This document shows, in pieces, positions 55,312-64,000 of a DNA stretch of 64,000 nucleotides. Source of the stretch: a virus. The notes under the pieces were generated by a model. The model was not told the DNA's origin. It made no database searches and saw only the letters and a program-made list of their open reading frames with translations. Each line of letters starts with the position of its first letter. Position 1 is the stretch's first letter. Location: the IMG/VR virus record IMGVR_UViG_3300023109_000007, positions 32,001-96,000 of that record. One strand, written 5' to 3'. Position numbers and translations under genes: made by a program.

Positions 55312-58300
55312 TTGGCTGAACAAACTGTAGAAATTGAAAACGTAGGCGGGGTTGGCGTTGCAAGCGAAGTTACTCTTGAAAGAGTAGCCAAAGCTGTGGA
55401 GAAAATGTCTGGAATCAAGAGCAAAGGCCAGGCAGTTGAAAACAAACTACGTGAATTACATAACAAAGCACAACAAAGTGGTGTTAAAGTTGTTAAAGAT
55501 AGCACAAAGGCATTAGATAAAAATACAGAAGCAGTTGATTCTTCAACAACTGCATTTAATTCTGCTGCTAAGGGTGCATTAGGGCTTGCAGCTAAAGGTT
55601 TTGGTACATTATTAGGTAGTGCAATAGGATTATCTAAAGAACTTTTAAACGGCGGCAACCGAGTAACAGATTTTGCTCAACATATTCCTTTAGTAGGCAG
55701 TCATTTAGCAATACTTACAGGATTTATGGATAATACTGTAAATCAATTTAGAAGTTTAACTGCTGTAGGTGTTGATTTCGGCGGAAGTTTGTTTGAAGTA
55801 CAAAATATGGCTGCAAAAAGCGGACTAAGTCTTGACACATTTTCTTCTGTAATTCGAAATAATAGTCAAGACTTAGCATTATTGGGTGGTAACGCAAGAT
55901 TAGGTGCAATAAGATTTACAGAGATTAGCAGACAACTACAAAGCAAATTTGGACCACAGTTTAGTGCATTAGGTATGACAATGGAAGAAACAGCAGAGTA
56001 TACTGCTGACTATATCAAATTACAAACTAGACTCGGCCGAAGTCAGCAAATGAGTGATACTCAACTAGCTCAAGGTACAGCGTCATATACGATGCAATTA
56101 GATAGACTTGCTAAACTTACAGGTAAACAACGAGATGAAATTGCTGCTAGTTTAGAAAAAGAAAGTCTAGATGCACGTATGCAAGCAGTAATGTCTACAA
56201 TGAGCGACACTGCTCAAAAAAATCTTCTAGGTGTAACAACCATACTTGAAGCAGCAAGTCCTAAAACTGCAGAAGCTATTAGAGAGATGGTTGCAACTAA
56301 CGGAGTTCCTATAAGTGATTTTGCTAAGGACTTAATGCGTACAACTCCCGAGTTGCGAGCGCTGACAATCGGACTTAGAAATGAGACCGTTACACAAGAA
56401 GAATTTATAGAAGGTATGAACGCAGCTATTGAGTCTAGTCACAATCTTTCAGACGAACTGATATTAAGCTATGGAACACAAGCTGCCTTAGGTAGTTCAG
56501 TTGGTAGTGCAGCACTTGAATTAAGAACTCTAGGTAAACTTGCAACAGAGTCAGCAGATGCAACAGAAGCCCAAAAAGAAGCAGCAGATAGAAACGCTGC
56601 AGGACTTCTTGATTTCGAAAGACGAATTACAGAAGTAAGAAATAAAATTAAAGTTGCATTAATAGATAGCGGAATATTTGGATTGCTAGAGACAAGTATA
56701 GACAAAGTTATAAGTTACTTTACAAGTGAAGAAGGCATGAAAGCTGTAGAAGATACAATTAAATCAATGGCAGCAGGTATAAAAGAATTTGTAGACTTAG
56801 TTCAAGACAAAGGATTGTTTGGAGCAATAGGCGAAAAAATGGGAGATGCATTAAAGGCAGCTCTTACTAGTCCAGCAGTACTTACAGCAGTAGGCGGAGC
56901 ATTTGCATTACTATTAGGCGGCGCAGCAATTAAAAGTGCAGTTACTGGAGCAATAGGCGGATTGTTCAGTGGCGGCGGTGGCGGCGGTGGCGGCGGTGGC
57001 AAAGGTCGAGGCCGAGGTGGCGGCGTTGGTAAAGGTGCAGGCGCAGCAGTTGGAAACTTTGTTGGATCAATGGGCGCCGGTGTAATGAAAGGTGCTGCTA
57101 CAGGACTAGCAGCATTTGCTAATCCACAAATATTGGTTGGTGCTGGTATACTTGGCGGTGCAATTACTGCTGTTGGTGCAGGTATAGCAGGTGCAGCATG
57201 GTTGTTAGGTAAATCATTACCTACGTTTGTTGATGGATTAAAATCATTTGAAGAAATAGACGGTACAGCATTATCAACAGCAGCGACTGGTATGCTAGAC
57301 CTAAGTCTTGGAATGGCAGCGTTTGGTGCTGGAACAGCAGTAGCCGGACTTGGAACAATGGTAGGCGGTATTACTGAAGGCATAGGAAAACTATTTGGTG
57401 CTGATGATCCGTTAACTAAACTAAAAACATTTAGTGACACAAAAATAGATGCAGCACAAGTAAAGTCTAATGCAGAAGCAATGAAAGACTTTAGTGATGC
57501 AATGGGTGCAGCAGCAAGCGCACCAGGTGAGTCAATAACAAAAGCAATAGGTAGTTCAATTGCAGGATTCTTTGGAGCTGAAGGCGGTATACCTTATGAC
57601 CAAATAAAAGAATTTGAAAAACATAGCTTTGACGCAGCAAAAATAAAATTAAATTCAGAAGCACTAGTTGCGTTTACAGATGCTTTAGCAACTTCTAAAA
57701 AAGGAGAAGCTGTTGCAGGCGCAAGCGCAGCAGTTGGAGCAATTGGTAATGCAATTGCAGGATTCTTTGGCGGCGAAAGTGGTATACCGTATGATAAAAT
57801 AGCAGAATTTGAAACACATACTTTTGATACAGTAAAAATAAAGGCAAATGCCGAAGCAATGGTAGCATTCAACGAAGCTCTAACTTCTAGTGCAAGTGCA
57901 AGCCAAGAAAGCGGCATAAAGAGTGCTGTAGGAGCAATTGGTAGTGCTATTTCAAGTTTCTTTGGCGGATCAACGCCATTTGAAAAAGTAAAAGAATTTG
58001 GTGACTTAGCAATAAACGCTACTGGCGTACAAGCAAATGCTGAAGCAATGGGATCTTTTGCTACAGCAATGACAGCATTTTCTGGTTCTGGTATTGAAAA
58101 TGTTTCTATTCCTAAAGCACTAGTTGATCGAATGGAAGATATGGCAGCAATTACAGGAACTGGATTCAAAACTACAGCAGACGGCTTAACAGCATTAACC
58201 GCAGTACCTGGACTAGCAGCTACAATAACATCACTTAATTCACTTGACGCAACTGACGTTCTAACGTATAATGAAGCTATGAAAGATTTAGTTGAAGTAT

Positions 58301-58545
58301 TAAGAGAATTAAATACCGAACTTGCTAAAGATAATAAAGTTGGTTTTGGTACTGGAACTAATGCAGGAGATGTTGTTAGTAAATTAGATTCAATCGGCGG
58401 ATCCAGCTCAGGAAGCAATCAAGCACTAAATCAGTTAAATAGTACTATGCAGCAAGTATTAACTGTATTAGAAGAAACATACGTATTAGAAGAAAAACAA
58501 AATACAAATATCAAAGGACTAAACGGAAATTTAATCCGAGGTTAA
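55312..58545 (+). CDS. Tail tape measure protein
   Basis: 1077-aa Ala/Gly-rich helical protein with hydrophobic segments and ~60-aa internal repeats, next to a frameshifting chaperone; TTG start. Confidence 0.7.
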   Translation: MAEQTVEIENVGGVGVASEVTLERVAKAVEKMSGIKSKGQAVENKLRELHNKAQQSGVKVVKDSTKALDKNTEAVDSSTTAFNSAAKGALGLAAKGFGTLLGSAIGLSKELLNGGNRVTDFAQHIPLVGSHLAILTGFMDNTVNQFRSLTAVGVDFGGSLFEVQNMAAKSGLSLDTFSSVIRNNSQDLALLGGNARLGAIRFTEISRQLQSKFGPQFSALGMTMEETAEYTADYIKLQTRLGRSQQMSDTQLAQGTASYTMQLDRLAKLTGKQRDEIAASLEKESLDARMQAVMSTMSDTAQKNLLGVTTILEAASPKTAEAIREMVATNGVPISDFAKDLMRTTPELRALTIGLRNETVTQEEFIEGMNAAIESSHNLSDELILSYGTQAALGSSVGSAALELRTLGKLATESADATEAQKEAADRNAAGLLDFERRITEVRNKIKVALIDSGIFGLLETSIDKVISYFTSEEGMKAVEDTIKSMAAGIKEFVDLVQDKGLFGAIGEKMGDALKAALTSPAVLTAVGGAFALLLGGAAIKSAVTGAIGGLFSGGGGGGGGGGKGRGRGGGVGKGAGAAVGNFVGSMGAGVMKGAATGLAAFANPQILVGAGILGGAITAVGAGIAGAAWLLGKSLPTFVDGLKSFEEIDGTALSTAATGMLDLSLGMAAFGAGTAVAGLGTMVGGITEGIGKLFGADDPLTKLKTFSDTKIDAAQVKSNAEAMKDFSDAMGAAASAPGESITKAIGSSIAGFFGAEGGIPYDQIKEFEKHSFDAAKIKLNSEALVAFTDALATSKKGEAVAGASAAVGAIGNAIAGFFGGESGIPYDKIAEFETHTFDTVKIKANAEAMVAFNEALTSSASASQESGIKSAVGAIGSAISSFFGGSTPFEKVKEFGDLAINATGVQANAEAMGSFATAMTAFSGSGIENVSIPKALVDRMEDMAAITGTGFKTTADGLTALTAVPGLAATITSLNSLDATDVLTYNEAMKDLVEVLRELNTELAKDNKVGFGTGTNAGDVVSKLDSIGGSSSGSNQALNQLNSTMQQVLTVLEETYVLEEKQNTNIKGLNGNLIRG

Positions 58546-58556
58546 TGGAGTCATAA

Positions 58557-60314
58557 ATGAGTTGGAAAAAACATTTTACACCTGTCGCAACTGGTGACAA
58601 TATGGGAGGAAGTTATAGCCCTCTCGGGGGTGCGTCCAACGGAAGCAATCCAGGTCCTGCACGTACTAACTATTCAAGTTACTTGCCAGATGTATATGTA
58701 GGAACTCCAAACAGAGTTGAGCGTTATGGTCAGTACAACACAATGGATCAAGATTCAGAAGTTAATGCTGCACTTGATATACTTGCTGAATTTTGTACTC
58801 AAGAAAATAAACAAAATAGAACTCCGTTTATAATGGACTTCAAACAACAAGCTACTAATTCAGAAGTTACTATTATACAACAGTACTTGCTTCAATGGTG
58901 CAAGCTACAAAACTTTGATACTAAGATGTTCCGTACAATGAGAAATATTTTTAAGTATGGAGATGCATTTTTTATTAGAGACCCAGAAACCAAACGCTGG
59001 TTCTATGTTGATCCTGCTAACGTAACAAAAATTATTGTGAATGAATCAGAAGGCAAAGAACCTGAACAGTATGTTATTAAGAACTTTAATTTAAATTTTA
59101 AAGATGCAGTAGCAACAACTCCACACACCACAGGCGGAAACATAAGTGGCGGCGGCGCAGGTTCTTATCACCCGCAAGGCAATGCTAGAGGAATGGTAGG
59201 TCAACCGCAATCAAGTTTTACTGCAAGTAGATTTACAGAAGAAGACGGCGAAATAACTGTTGATGCAAAACATATGGTTCATCTAAGTTTGTCAGAAGGG
59301 TTAGATCAAAACTTTCCTTTTGGTAACAGTTTACTTGAAACTATTTTTAAAGTTTACAAACAAAAAGAATTACTTGAAGATGCAATTATTATCTATCGAG
59401 TACAACGTGCGCCAGAGCGCAGAGTATTCTACGTTGATGTGGGCAACATGCCTTCACACCTTGCTATGCAATTTGTTGAGCGTGTTAAAACGGAAATACA
59501 TCAAAGACGTATCCCATCGGCGACAGGAGGCGGCACTAACGTCATAGACAGTTCTTATAATCCTCTGTCAATTAACGAAGATTACTTTTTCCCACAAACT
59601 GCTGAAGGACGTGGATCTAAAGTTGAAACACTACCAGGCGGTACTAACTTAGGAGAGATTGATGACCTTAGATATTTTACTAATAAGCTCGTACGCGGTT
59701 TACGAATCCCTAGTTCATACCTACCTACCGGCGCTGACGATTCATCTGCGCAGTACAATGATGGACGAGTCGGCACTGCATACATACAAGAATTAAGATT
59801 TAATACTTACTGTGAGCGTTTACAAAATCTTGTATCTGAAGATTTTGATTTAGAATTTAAGCGTTACATATTGGAAAAGGGTGTAAACATTGACACAGCA
59901 ATGTTTGATCTAAGATTCCAACCACCACAAAACTTTGCAGCATATAGACAAAGTGAAATTGATAATGCACGTATTCCTACATTTACACAAATGAGTGCAA
60001 TACCTTACGTTTCAAATAGATTTGCAATGAAACGTTTCTTAGGAATGTCAGACGAGGAGTTAGCAGAAAACGAACGCTTGTGGCGAGAAGAAAATGATGA
60101 AGCAATTGACCAGCCACCTACTGATGCAGGAACTGAACTAAGAAGTGCAGGAATTACAGGAGCAGGTATGGAAGCAGACTTAGGTGCAGCAGAAGATGAA
60201 TTAGACACTGGCGAAGCACCGATTGATGGCGGTGCTGGCGCAGGACCAGAAACTGTTACAGCTGATCCAATTGGTGGAACAGGCAATGACGCAACAACTG
60301 ACCAAACTGTATAA
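58557..60314 (+). CDS. gp20: Portal vertex protein
   Basis: LLEDAIIIYRVQRAPERRVFYVDVGNMP, EDYFFP...GRGSKVETLPGG.NLGEIDD..YF..KL...L.IP.S. Confidence 0.95.
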   Translation: MSWKKHFTPVATGDNMGGSYSPLGGASNGSNPGPARTNYSSYLPDVYVGTPNRVERYGQYNTMDQDSEVNAALDILAEFCTQENKQNRTPFIMDFKQQATNSEVTIIQQYLLQWCKLQNFDTKMFRTMRNIFKYGDAFFIRDPETKRWFYVDPANVTKIIVNESEGKEPEQYVIKNFNLNFKDAVATTPHTTGGNISGGGAGSYHPQGNARGMVGQPQSSFTASRFTEEDGEITVDAKHMVHLSLSEGLDQNFPFGNSLLETIFKVYKQKELLEDAIIIYRVQRAPERRVFYVDVGNMPSHLAMQFVERVKTEIHQRRIPSATGGGTNVIDSSYNPLSINEDYFFPQTAEGRGSKVETLPGGTNLGEIDDLRYFTNKLVRGLRIPSSYLPTGADDSSAQYNDGRVGTAYIQELRFNTYCERLQNLVSEDFDLEFKRYILEKGVNIDTAMFDLRFQPPQNFAAYRQSEIDNARIPTFTQMSAIPYVSNRFAMKRFLGMSDEELAENERLWREENDEAIDQPPTDAGTELRSAGITGAGMEADLGAAEDELDTGEAPIDGGAGAGPETVTADPIGGTGNDATTDQTV

Positions 60315-60317
60315 ATA
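60310..60317 (+). promoter_or_regulatory. T4-type late promoter
   Basis: Exact TATAAATA overlapping the portal stop codon. Confidence 0.7.
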
Positions 60318-60322
60318 CTAAC

Positions 60323-60571
60323 ATGATACTTCGAGAACTATTTTATTTTGATAAAGAAACAATTGATCCGGTAGACGATAAGTCTTATGAGCCGGAAAAT
60401 GATTCATCACCTGTTAAAAAAGATGACACTCGCAAGACTAGACTTACATTACGCCAAATCAATCGGGTTCGCAAAGCAAACGAATTACATACAGAACAAT
60501 CAAAGAATGATCTATTCTTTGTTAGACAAATGTATGGCATTGCTTCTAATGCTGAAGCCGGTGGGGTTTAA
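60323..60571 (+). CDS. Small head-module protein
   Basis: 82 aa between portal and core genes; MILRELF leader and RKTRLTLRQINRVRK. Confidence 0.6.
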   Translation: MILRELFYFDKETIDPVDDKSYEPENDSSPVKKDDTRKTRLTLRQINRVRKANELHTEQSKNDLFFVRQMYGIASNAEAGGV

Positions 60572-61329
60572 TGGGTAAATTAGATAAGTCACAATACACA
60601 AAAGAGCAATGGAAAAAAATTAAAGCAGAACGCAACGCTGCAAAAGCACGTTCACGAGCTGCTAAAGAAGTAGCAAAGAGAAATGCATTAATAGAAGCAT
60701 GTGCTAAAAAGATTTCCAAAAGAATAAAAGATTCTAAATGTGCATTTGTATTAGGCAATGGCGCAAGTAGAAAAGAAATAGATTTACATCTATTAAAAAG
60801 TGCAGGATGTGTATACGGTTGTAATGCACTGTACAGAGAGTTCGAACCTGATTATCTAGTTGCTGTCGATACTAAAATGATTATTGAATTGCATAAAGCA
60901 GGGTATCAAAGAACTCACGAAGTTTGGACCAACCCAAACAAAGCGTATACTAATTATCACGGATTTAATTTTTTTCAACCTAGCAAAGGCTGGAGCAGTG
61001 GACCAACAGCATTATGGTTATCAAGTCAACATGACAACGAAGTAATTTATATACTAGGCTTTGATTATAAAGGCCATGAAGACGGTAAACGCTTTAACAA
61101 TATATACGCAGACACATTCAATTATAAAAAGAGTAACGATAGTGCAACATATTTTGGAAATTGGATGCGTCAAACTACTACTGTTATTAAAGAAAATCCT
61201 AAAAAAAGATATATAAGAGTAATAGAAGAAGAAGGATTTATTCCGCAAGATTTAAAAATCCTTCCTAATTTAGAACACATTTTTGTCAAGGATTTATTAA
61301 AAATTCTTCAAGATCCTGATATTCTATAA
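60571..61329 (+). CDS. DUF115/Maf (MptE-like) or GT29-like sugar-transfer protein
   Basis: AFVLGNGASR..YGCNALYR..PDYLVAVD..SSGPTAL..IYILGFD motif series. Confidence 0.6.
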   Translation: MGKLDKSQYTKEQWKKIKAERNAAKARSRAAKEVAKRNALIEACAKKISKRIKDSKCAFVLGNGASRKEIDLHLLKSAGCVYGCNALYREFEPDYLVAVDTKMIIELHKAGYQRTHEVWTNPNKAYTNYHGFNFFQPSKGWSSGPTALWLSSQHDNEVIYILGFDYKGHEDGKRFNNIYADTFNYKKSNDSATYFGNWMRQTTTVIKENPKKRYIRVIEEEGFIPQDLKILPNLEHIFVKDLLKILQDPDIL

Positions 61330-61435
61330 AAACGAGTCGTTTTGAGCCTATTTCTACGTACTTTTCTGTATAAAGAGTAAATATATTATGACAGCCCACG
61401 CCCTCGAGGCGTACATACATTTATAGGAGATGAAA

Positions 61436-62416
61436 ATGGCAGATCGCAGCAAATTTGAAGAAATGCTCGAGCGTCTTATCAATGAAGATAAGGATGGCGC
61501 AGAAGAGCTATTCCACGAGATTGTAGTAGAAAAATCACGTGATATATACAACAACCTACTAGAAGATGAATCAGAAGTAGACGAGTCAGATGACGAAGTC
61601 GAAGAAGCTACTGATGAAGAAGTAGATGAGTCAGATGAAGATCTAGACGAAGCATCAGACGAAGAAGTTGATGAGTCAGACGAAGAAGTCGAAGAAGGTT
61701 TTGACCTTGACGAGTTCGAAGTAGAAGCTGACCCAATGGACGCAATGATGGGTGGTGACGCAGGCGACGACATGGAAATGGACATTGACATGGACGGCGG
61801 CGACGAAGAAGGCGACGACGAAGGTGATGAAGGCGATGTTGAAGATCGTGTAGAAGACCTAGAAGATGCGCTAGATGACCTAAAAGCAGAATTTGAAAAA
61901 ATGATGGCTGGTGACGACGAAGGCGACGACATGGATGACATGGGCGACGACGAAGGCGAAGAAGAGCCAGAAGAAGCATTTGCATTTGAAGCAAGCGACG
62001 AAGAAGTCGACGAAGCTGCTGATGAAGAAGTAGAAGAAACAACTGATGAAGAAGTAGACGAAGCAGAAGAAGAAACTGAAGAGTCAGAAAAATCAGCTGG
62101 TGAACAAATGCGCGAATACGTAGAAAAAGTAAGCGCAACAATGGGTGACAATGGTGTTAACAACAAGTCAGCACACGCAAGCCCAAATCACATGGGAGAC
62201 GGTACCTCAGCTAACATTCTAAATGGCGGCGAAGATAACGGTGGCGGTGACCATGCTGGTCTAGCAGATATTAATGCTAAAGAAGATGACGCAGGCAACA
62301 TTAACAAGCCAGGCGGAAAAGCATCTAAAGCAGGAAAATCACAGCCAGGCCACGGGGCTGAGAAAAAAGGTAAGCCCGAAGCAGCAGCTGATAAGAAATC
62401 ATCTATCGGCAGCTAA
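61436..62416 (+). CDS. Highly acidic prohead core protein (gp67/gp68-like role)
   Basis: Very D/E-rich with EVDE/VEE repeats, between portal and protease. AGGAG at 61425-61429 favours ATG 61436. Confidence 0.7.
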   Translation: MADRSKFEEMLERLINEDKDGAEELFHEIVVEKSRDIYNNLLEDESEVDESDDEVEEATDEEVDESDEDLDEASDEEVDESDEEVEEGFDLDEFEVEADPMDAMMGGDAGDDMEMDIDMDGGDEEGDDEGDEGDVEDRVEDLEDALDDLKAEFEKMMAGDDEGDDMDDMGDDEGEEEPEEAFAFEASDEEVDEAADEEVEETTDEEVDEAEEETEESEKSAGEQMREYVEKVSATMGDNGVNNKSAHASPNHMGDGTSANILNGGEDNGGGDHAGLADINAKEDDAGNINKPGGKASKAGKSQPGHGAEKKGKPEAAADKKSSIGS

Positions 62417-62434
62417 TAGAGTAAGGAACTTAAA

Positions 62435-63058
62435 ATGATGAACTTACGAGAGCATTTGACATTCGACGCAGCTAGAATGGTCGTTGAATCTGCTAATGAA
62501 GGGAAAGACCTTTATATGAAAGGTATTATGATACAGGGCGGTGTGCGTAATGCAAACCAACGTGTATATCCTGTAAATGAAATTGGCAGGGCTGTCAAAA
62601 CCCTCAATGATCAAATAACGAACGGATTTAGTGTTCTTGGCGAAGTTGATCATCCAGAAGGCCTTAACATTAACCTAGACCGTGTTAGTCATATGATATC
62701 CGAAACTTGGATGGACGATGCAAACGGTTACGGTAAACTTAAAATTTTACCAACTCCAATGGGACAACTAGTAAAGACAATGCTTGAAAGCGGCGTCAAA
62801 CTAGGTGTCTCATCTAGGGGCTCTGGTAACGTTTCTGAAGACGGCAGTAACACCGTTTCAGATTTTGAAATTATCACTGTGGACGTTGTGGCTCAGCCTA
62901 GCGCCCCTGGTGCATATCCTACACCAATTTACGAACATCTAATGAATACACGTGGCGGATATCAGGCATATGAATTAGCGCAGGCAACTAAACACGACGA
63001 CAAGGCACAAAAGTATCTAAAGGAATCACTGATCAATATGATCAGTAAACTCCAATAA
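62435..63058 (+). CDS. gp21: Prohead protease
   Basis: N.N.RVYP, LGEVDHP, RVSH, TPMG, GVSSRGSG and D.VAQPSAP.AY motifs. Confidence 0.95.
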   Translation: MMNLREHLTFDAARMVVESANEGKDLYMKGIMIQGGVRNANQRVYPVNEIGRAVKTLNDQITNGFSVLGEVDHPEGLNINLDRVSHMISETWMDDANGYGKLKILPTPMGQLVKTMLESGVKLGVSSRGSGNVSEDGSNTVSDFEIITVDVVAQPSAPGAYPTPIYEHLMNTRGGYQAYELAQATKHDDKAQKYLKESLINMISKLQ

Positions 63059-63072
63059 ATTAGGAGAACGTA

Positions 63073-64000
63073 ATGATAGATGCACTGAAACACCTCTTTG
63101 AAAACGATGTAGTTTCCCAAGAGATCAGGGCTCAAATCGAGGAAGCATGGGAAGCAAAGATTCGCGAAAATAAATTAGCTGCTACAGCTGATTTACGTGA
63201 AGAATTTGCTCAGAAGTACGAACATGACAAATCTACAATGGTTGAAGCTATTGATAGTATGTTATCTGAAAAACTTGCTGAGGAAATTCAAGAATTTGCT
63301 GAAGATCGCAAACAACTCGCAGAAGCAAAAGCAAAATATGCTGTTGCAATGCGTGAAAATGCAGATCTTCTAAAAGATTTTGTTGTAGGTCAACTACAAG
63401 GCGAAATCAAAGAACTACATGCAGACAAAGCAGCAATGCAAGAAAACTACGCAAAACTCGAAGAGTTCGTAGTCGAGTCCCTATCAAATGAAATTGCAGA
63501 ATTTTATGAAGACAAAAAAGACTTAGCTGAAACAAAAGTACGTTTAGTACGTGAAGCTAAGACACACTTTGCTAAAGTCAAAAAGAACTTTATCGAAAGA
63601 AGTGCTACAGCAGTTTCTGAAATGGTTGGTAAATCACTTAAAGGTGAAATGGCAACTCTTAAAGAAGATATTGAAGCAGCACGTAGAAACGACTTTGGTC
63701 GTAAAATATTTGAAGCATTTGCAAACGAATATAGCATTTCACATTTAAATGAAAAAGGTGAAACTGCGAAGCTAATGAAAGTTGTTGAATTGAAAAATAA
63801 ACAACTATCAGAAGCAAAAGCATTTGCTACAAAAGCTAAAACACTTGCAGAAAAAACAAGCAAAGAGAAATCACGCTTAGTTGAAGCTGCAAAGCGTGAA
63901 AAAATTATGAACGATTTGATTTCGCCACTAGGCAAAGATCAAAGAGAGATTATGACAGACTTACTGGAATCTGTACAAACTGATCGTTTACGTAAACAGT
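63073..64000 (+). CDS. gp22: Prohead core scaffolding protein (runs off the window end)
   Basis: Not in the ORF track. AGGAG RBS then ATG 63073 (MIDALKHLFENDVVSQEIRAQIEEAWEAK...); open E/K/A coiled coil to the window end, right after gp21. Confidence 0.8.
   Translation, partial: MIDALKHLFENDVVSQEIRAQIEEAWEAKIRENKLAATADLREEFAQKYEHDKSTMVEAIDSMLSEKLAEEIQEFAEDRKQLAEAKAKYAVAMRENADLLKDFVVGQLQGEIKELHADKAAMQENYAKLEEFVVESLSNEIAEFYEDKKDLAETKVRLVREAKTHFAKVKKNFIERSATAVSEMVGKSLKGEMATLKEDIEAARRNDFGRKIFEAFANEYSISHLNEKGETAKLMKVVELKNKQLSEAKAFATKAKTLAEKTSKEKSRLVEAAKREKIMNDLISPLGKDQREIMTDLLESVQTDRLRKQ

Noticed and set aside
56469-58418. Long antisense ORFs opposite the tape measure gene
   Set aside because: Shadows caused by Ala/Gly codon bias on the coding strand.
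61560-62100. Periodic DNA repeats as a CRISPR or other guide array
   Set aside because: In-frame degenerate coding repeats, with no constant repeat/unique spacer pattern and no cas-like gene.
61354-62166. Ser-rich and Leu/Arg-rich antisense ORFs
   Set aside because: Reverse-complement of GAA/GAC/GAT repeats in the acidic core gene.
1-64000. Alternative genetic code or stop-codon recoding
   Set aside because: Code 11 gives full-length, tightly packed genes, and both TAG and TGA act as true stops.

Overview
This AT-rich 64 kb window is a segment of a large T4-superfamily-like myovirus genome (probably aquatic; host not determinable from sequence). There are no host housekeeping genes, rRNA/tRNA, CRISPR or IS elements, and the standard genetic code fits. 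Minus strand 1-10.3 kb is a sigma70-promoter-led accessory operon: four N-terminal-twitch radical SAM enzymes, three glycosyltransferase-like proteins, an SGNH hydrolase and a ParB/Srx-like protein. Minus strand 10.3-46.4 kb is the tail fibre/baseplate module: five fibre-like proteins, a giant 5294-aa wedge protein, gp6, gp25, a gp5-like spike with a C-terminal lysozyme-like domain, a gp27-like hub with an M15 peptidase, and gp53- and gp48-like proteins. Plus strand 46.4-51.5 kb carries gp55 (late sigma), gp47/gp46 (Mre11/Rad50) and a GIY-YIG nuclease. From 52 to 64 kb come putative head-internal proteins, a tail chaperone, tape measure, portal, an acidic core protein, prohead protease and scaffold. 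Two observations stand out. (1) A ~540 bp non-coding region directly after the GIY-YIG gene folds by eye into a multi-stem, G-U-rich RNA with long-range and pseudoknot pairings, followed by hairpins of ssDNA type. It is a candidate unannotated ncRNA, nuclease-RNA module or replication origin. (2) A clear programmed -1 frameshift signal (slippery heptamer plus hairpin) joins the gp26-like chaperone to the next ORF. All protein calls come from motif recognition, not database searches.
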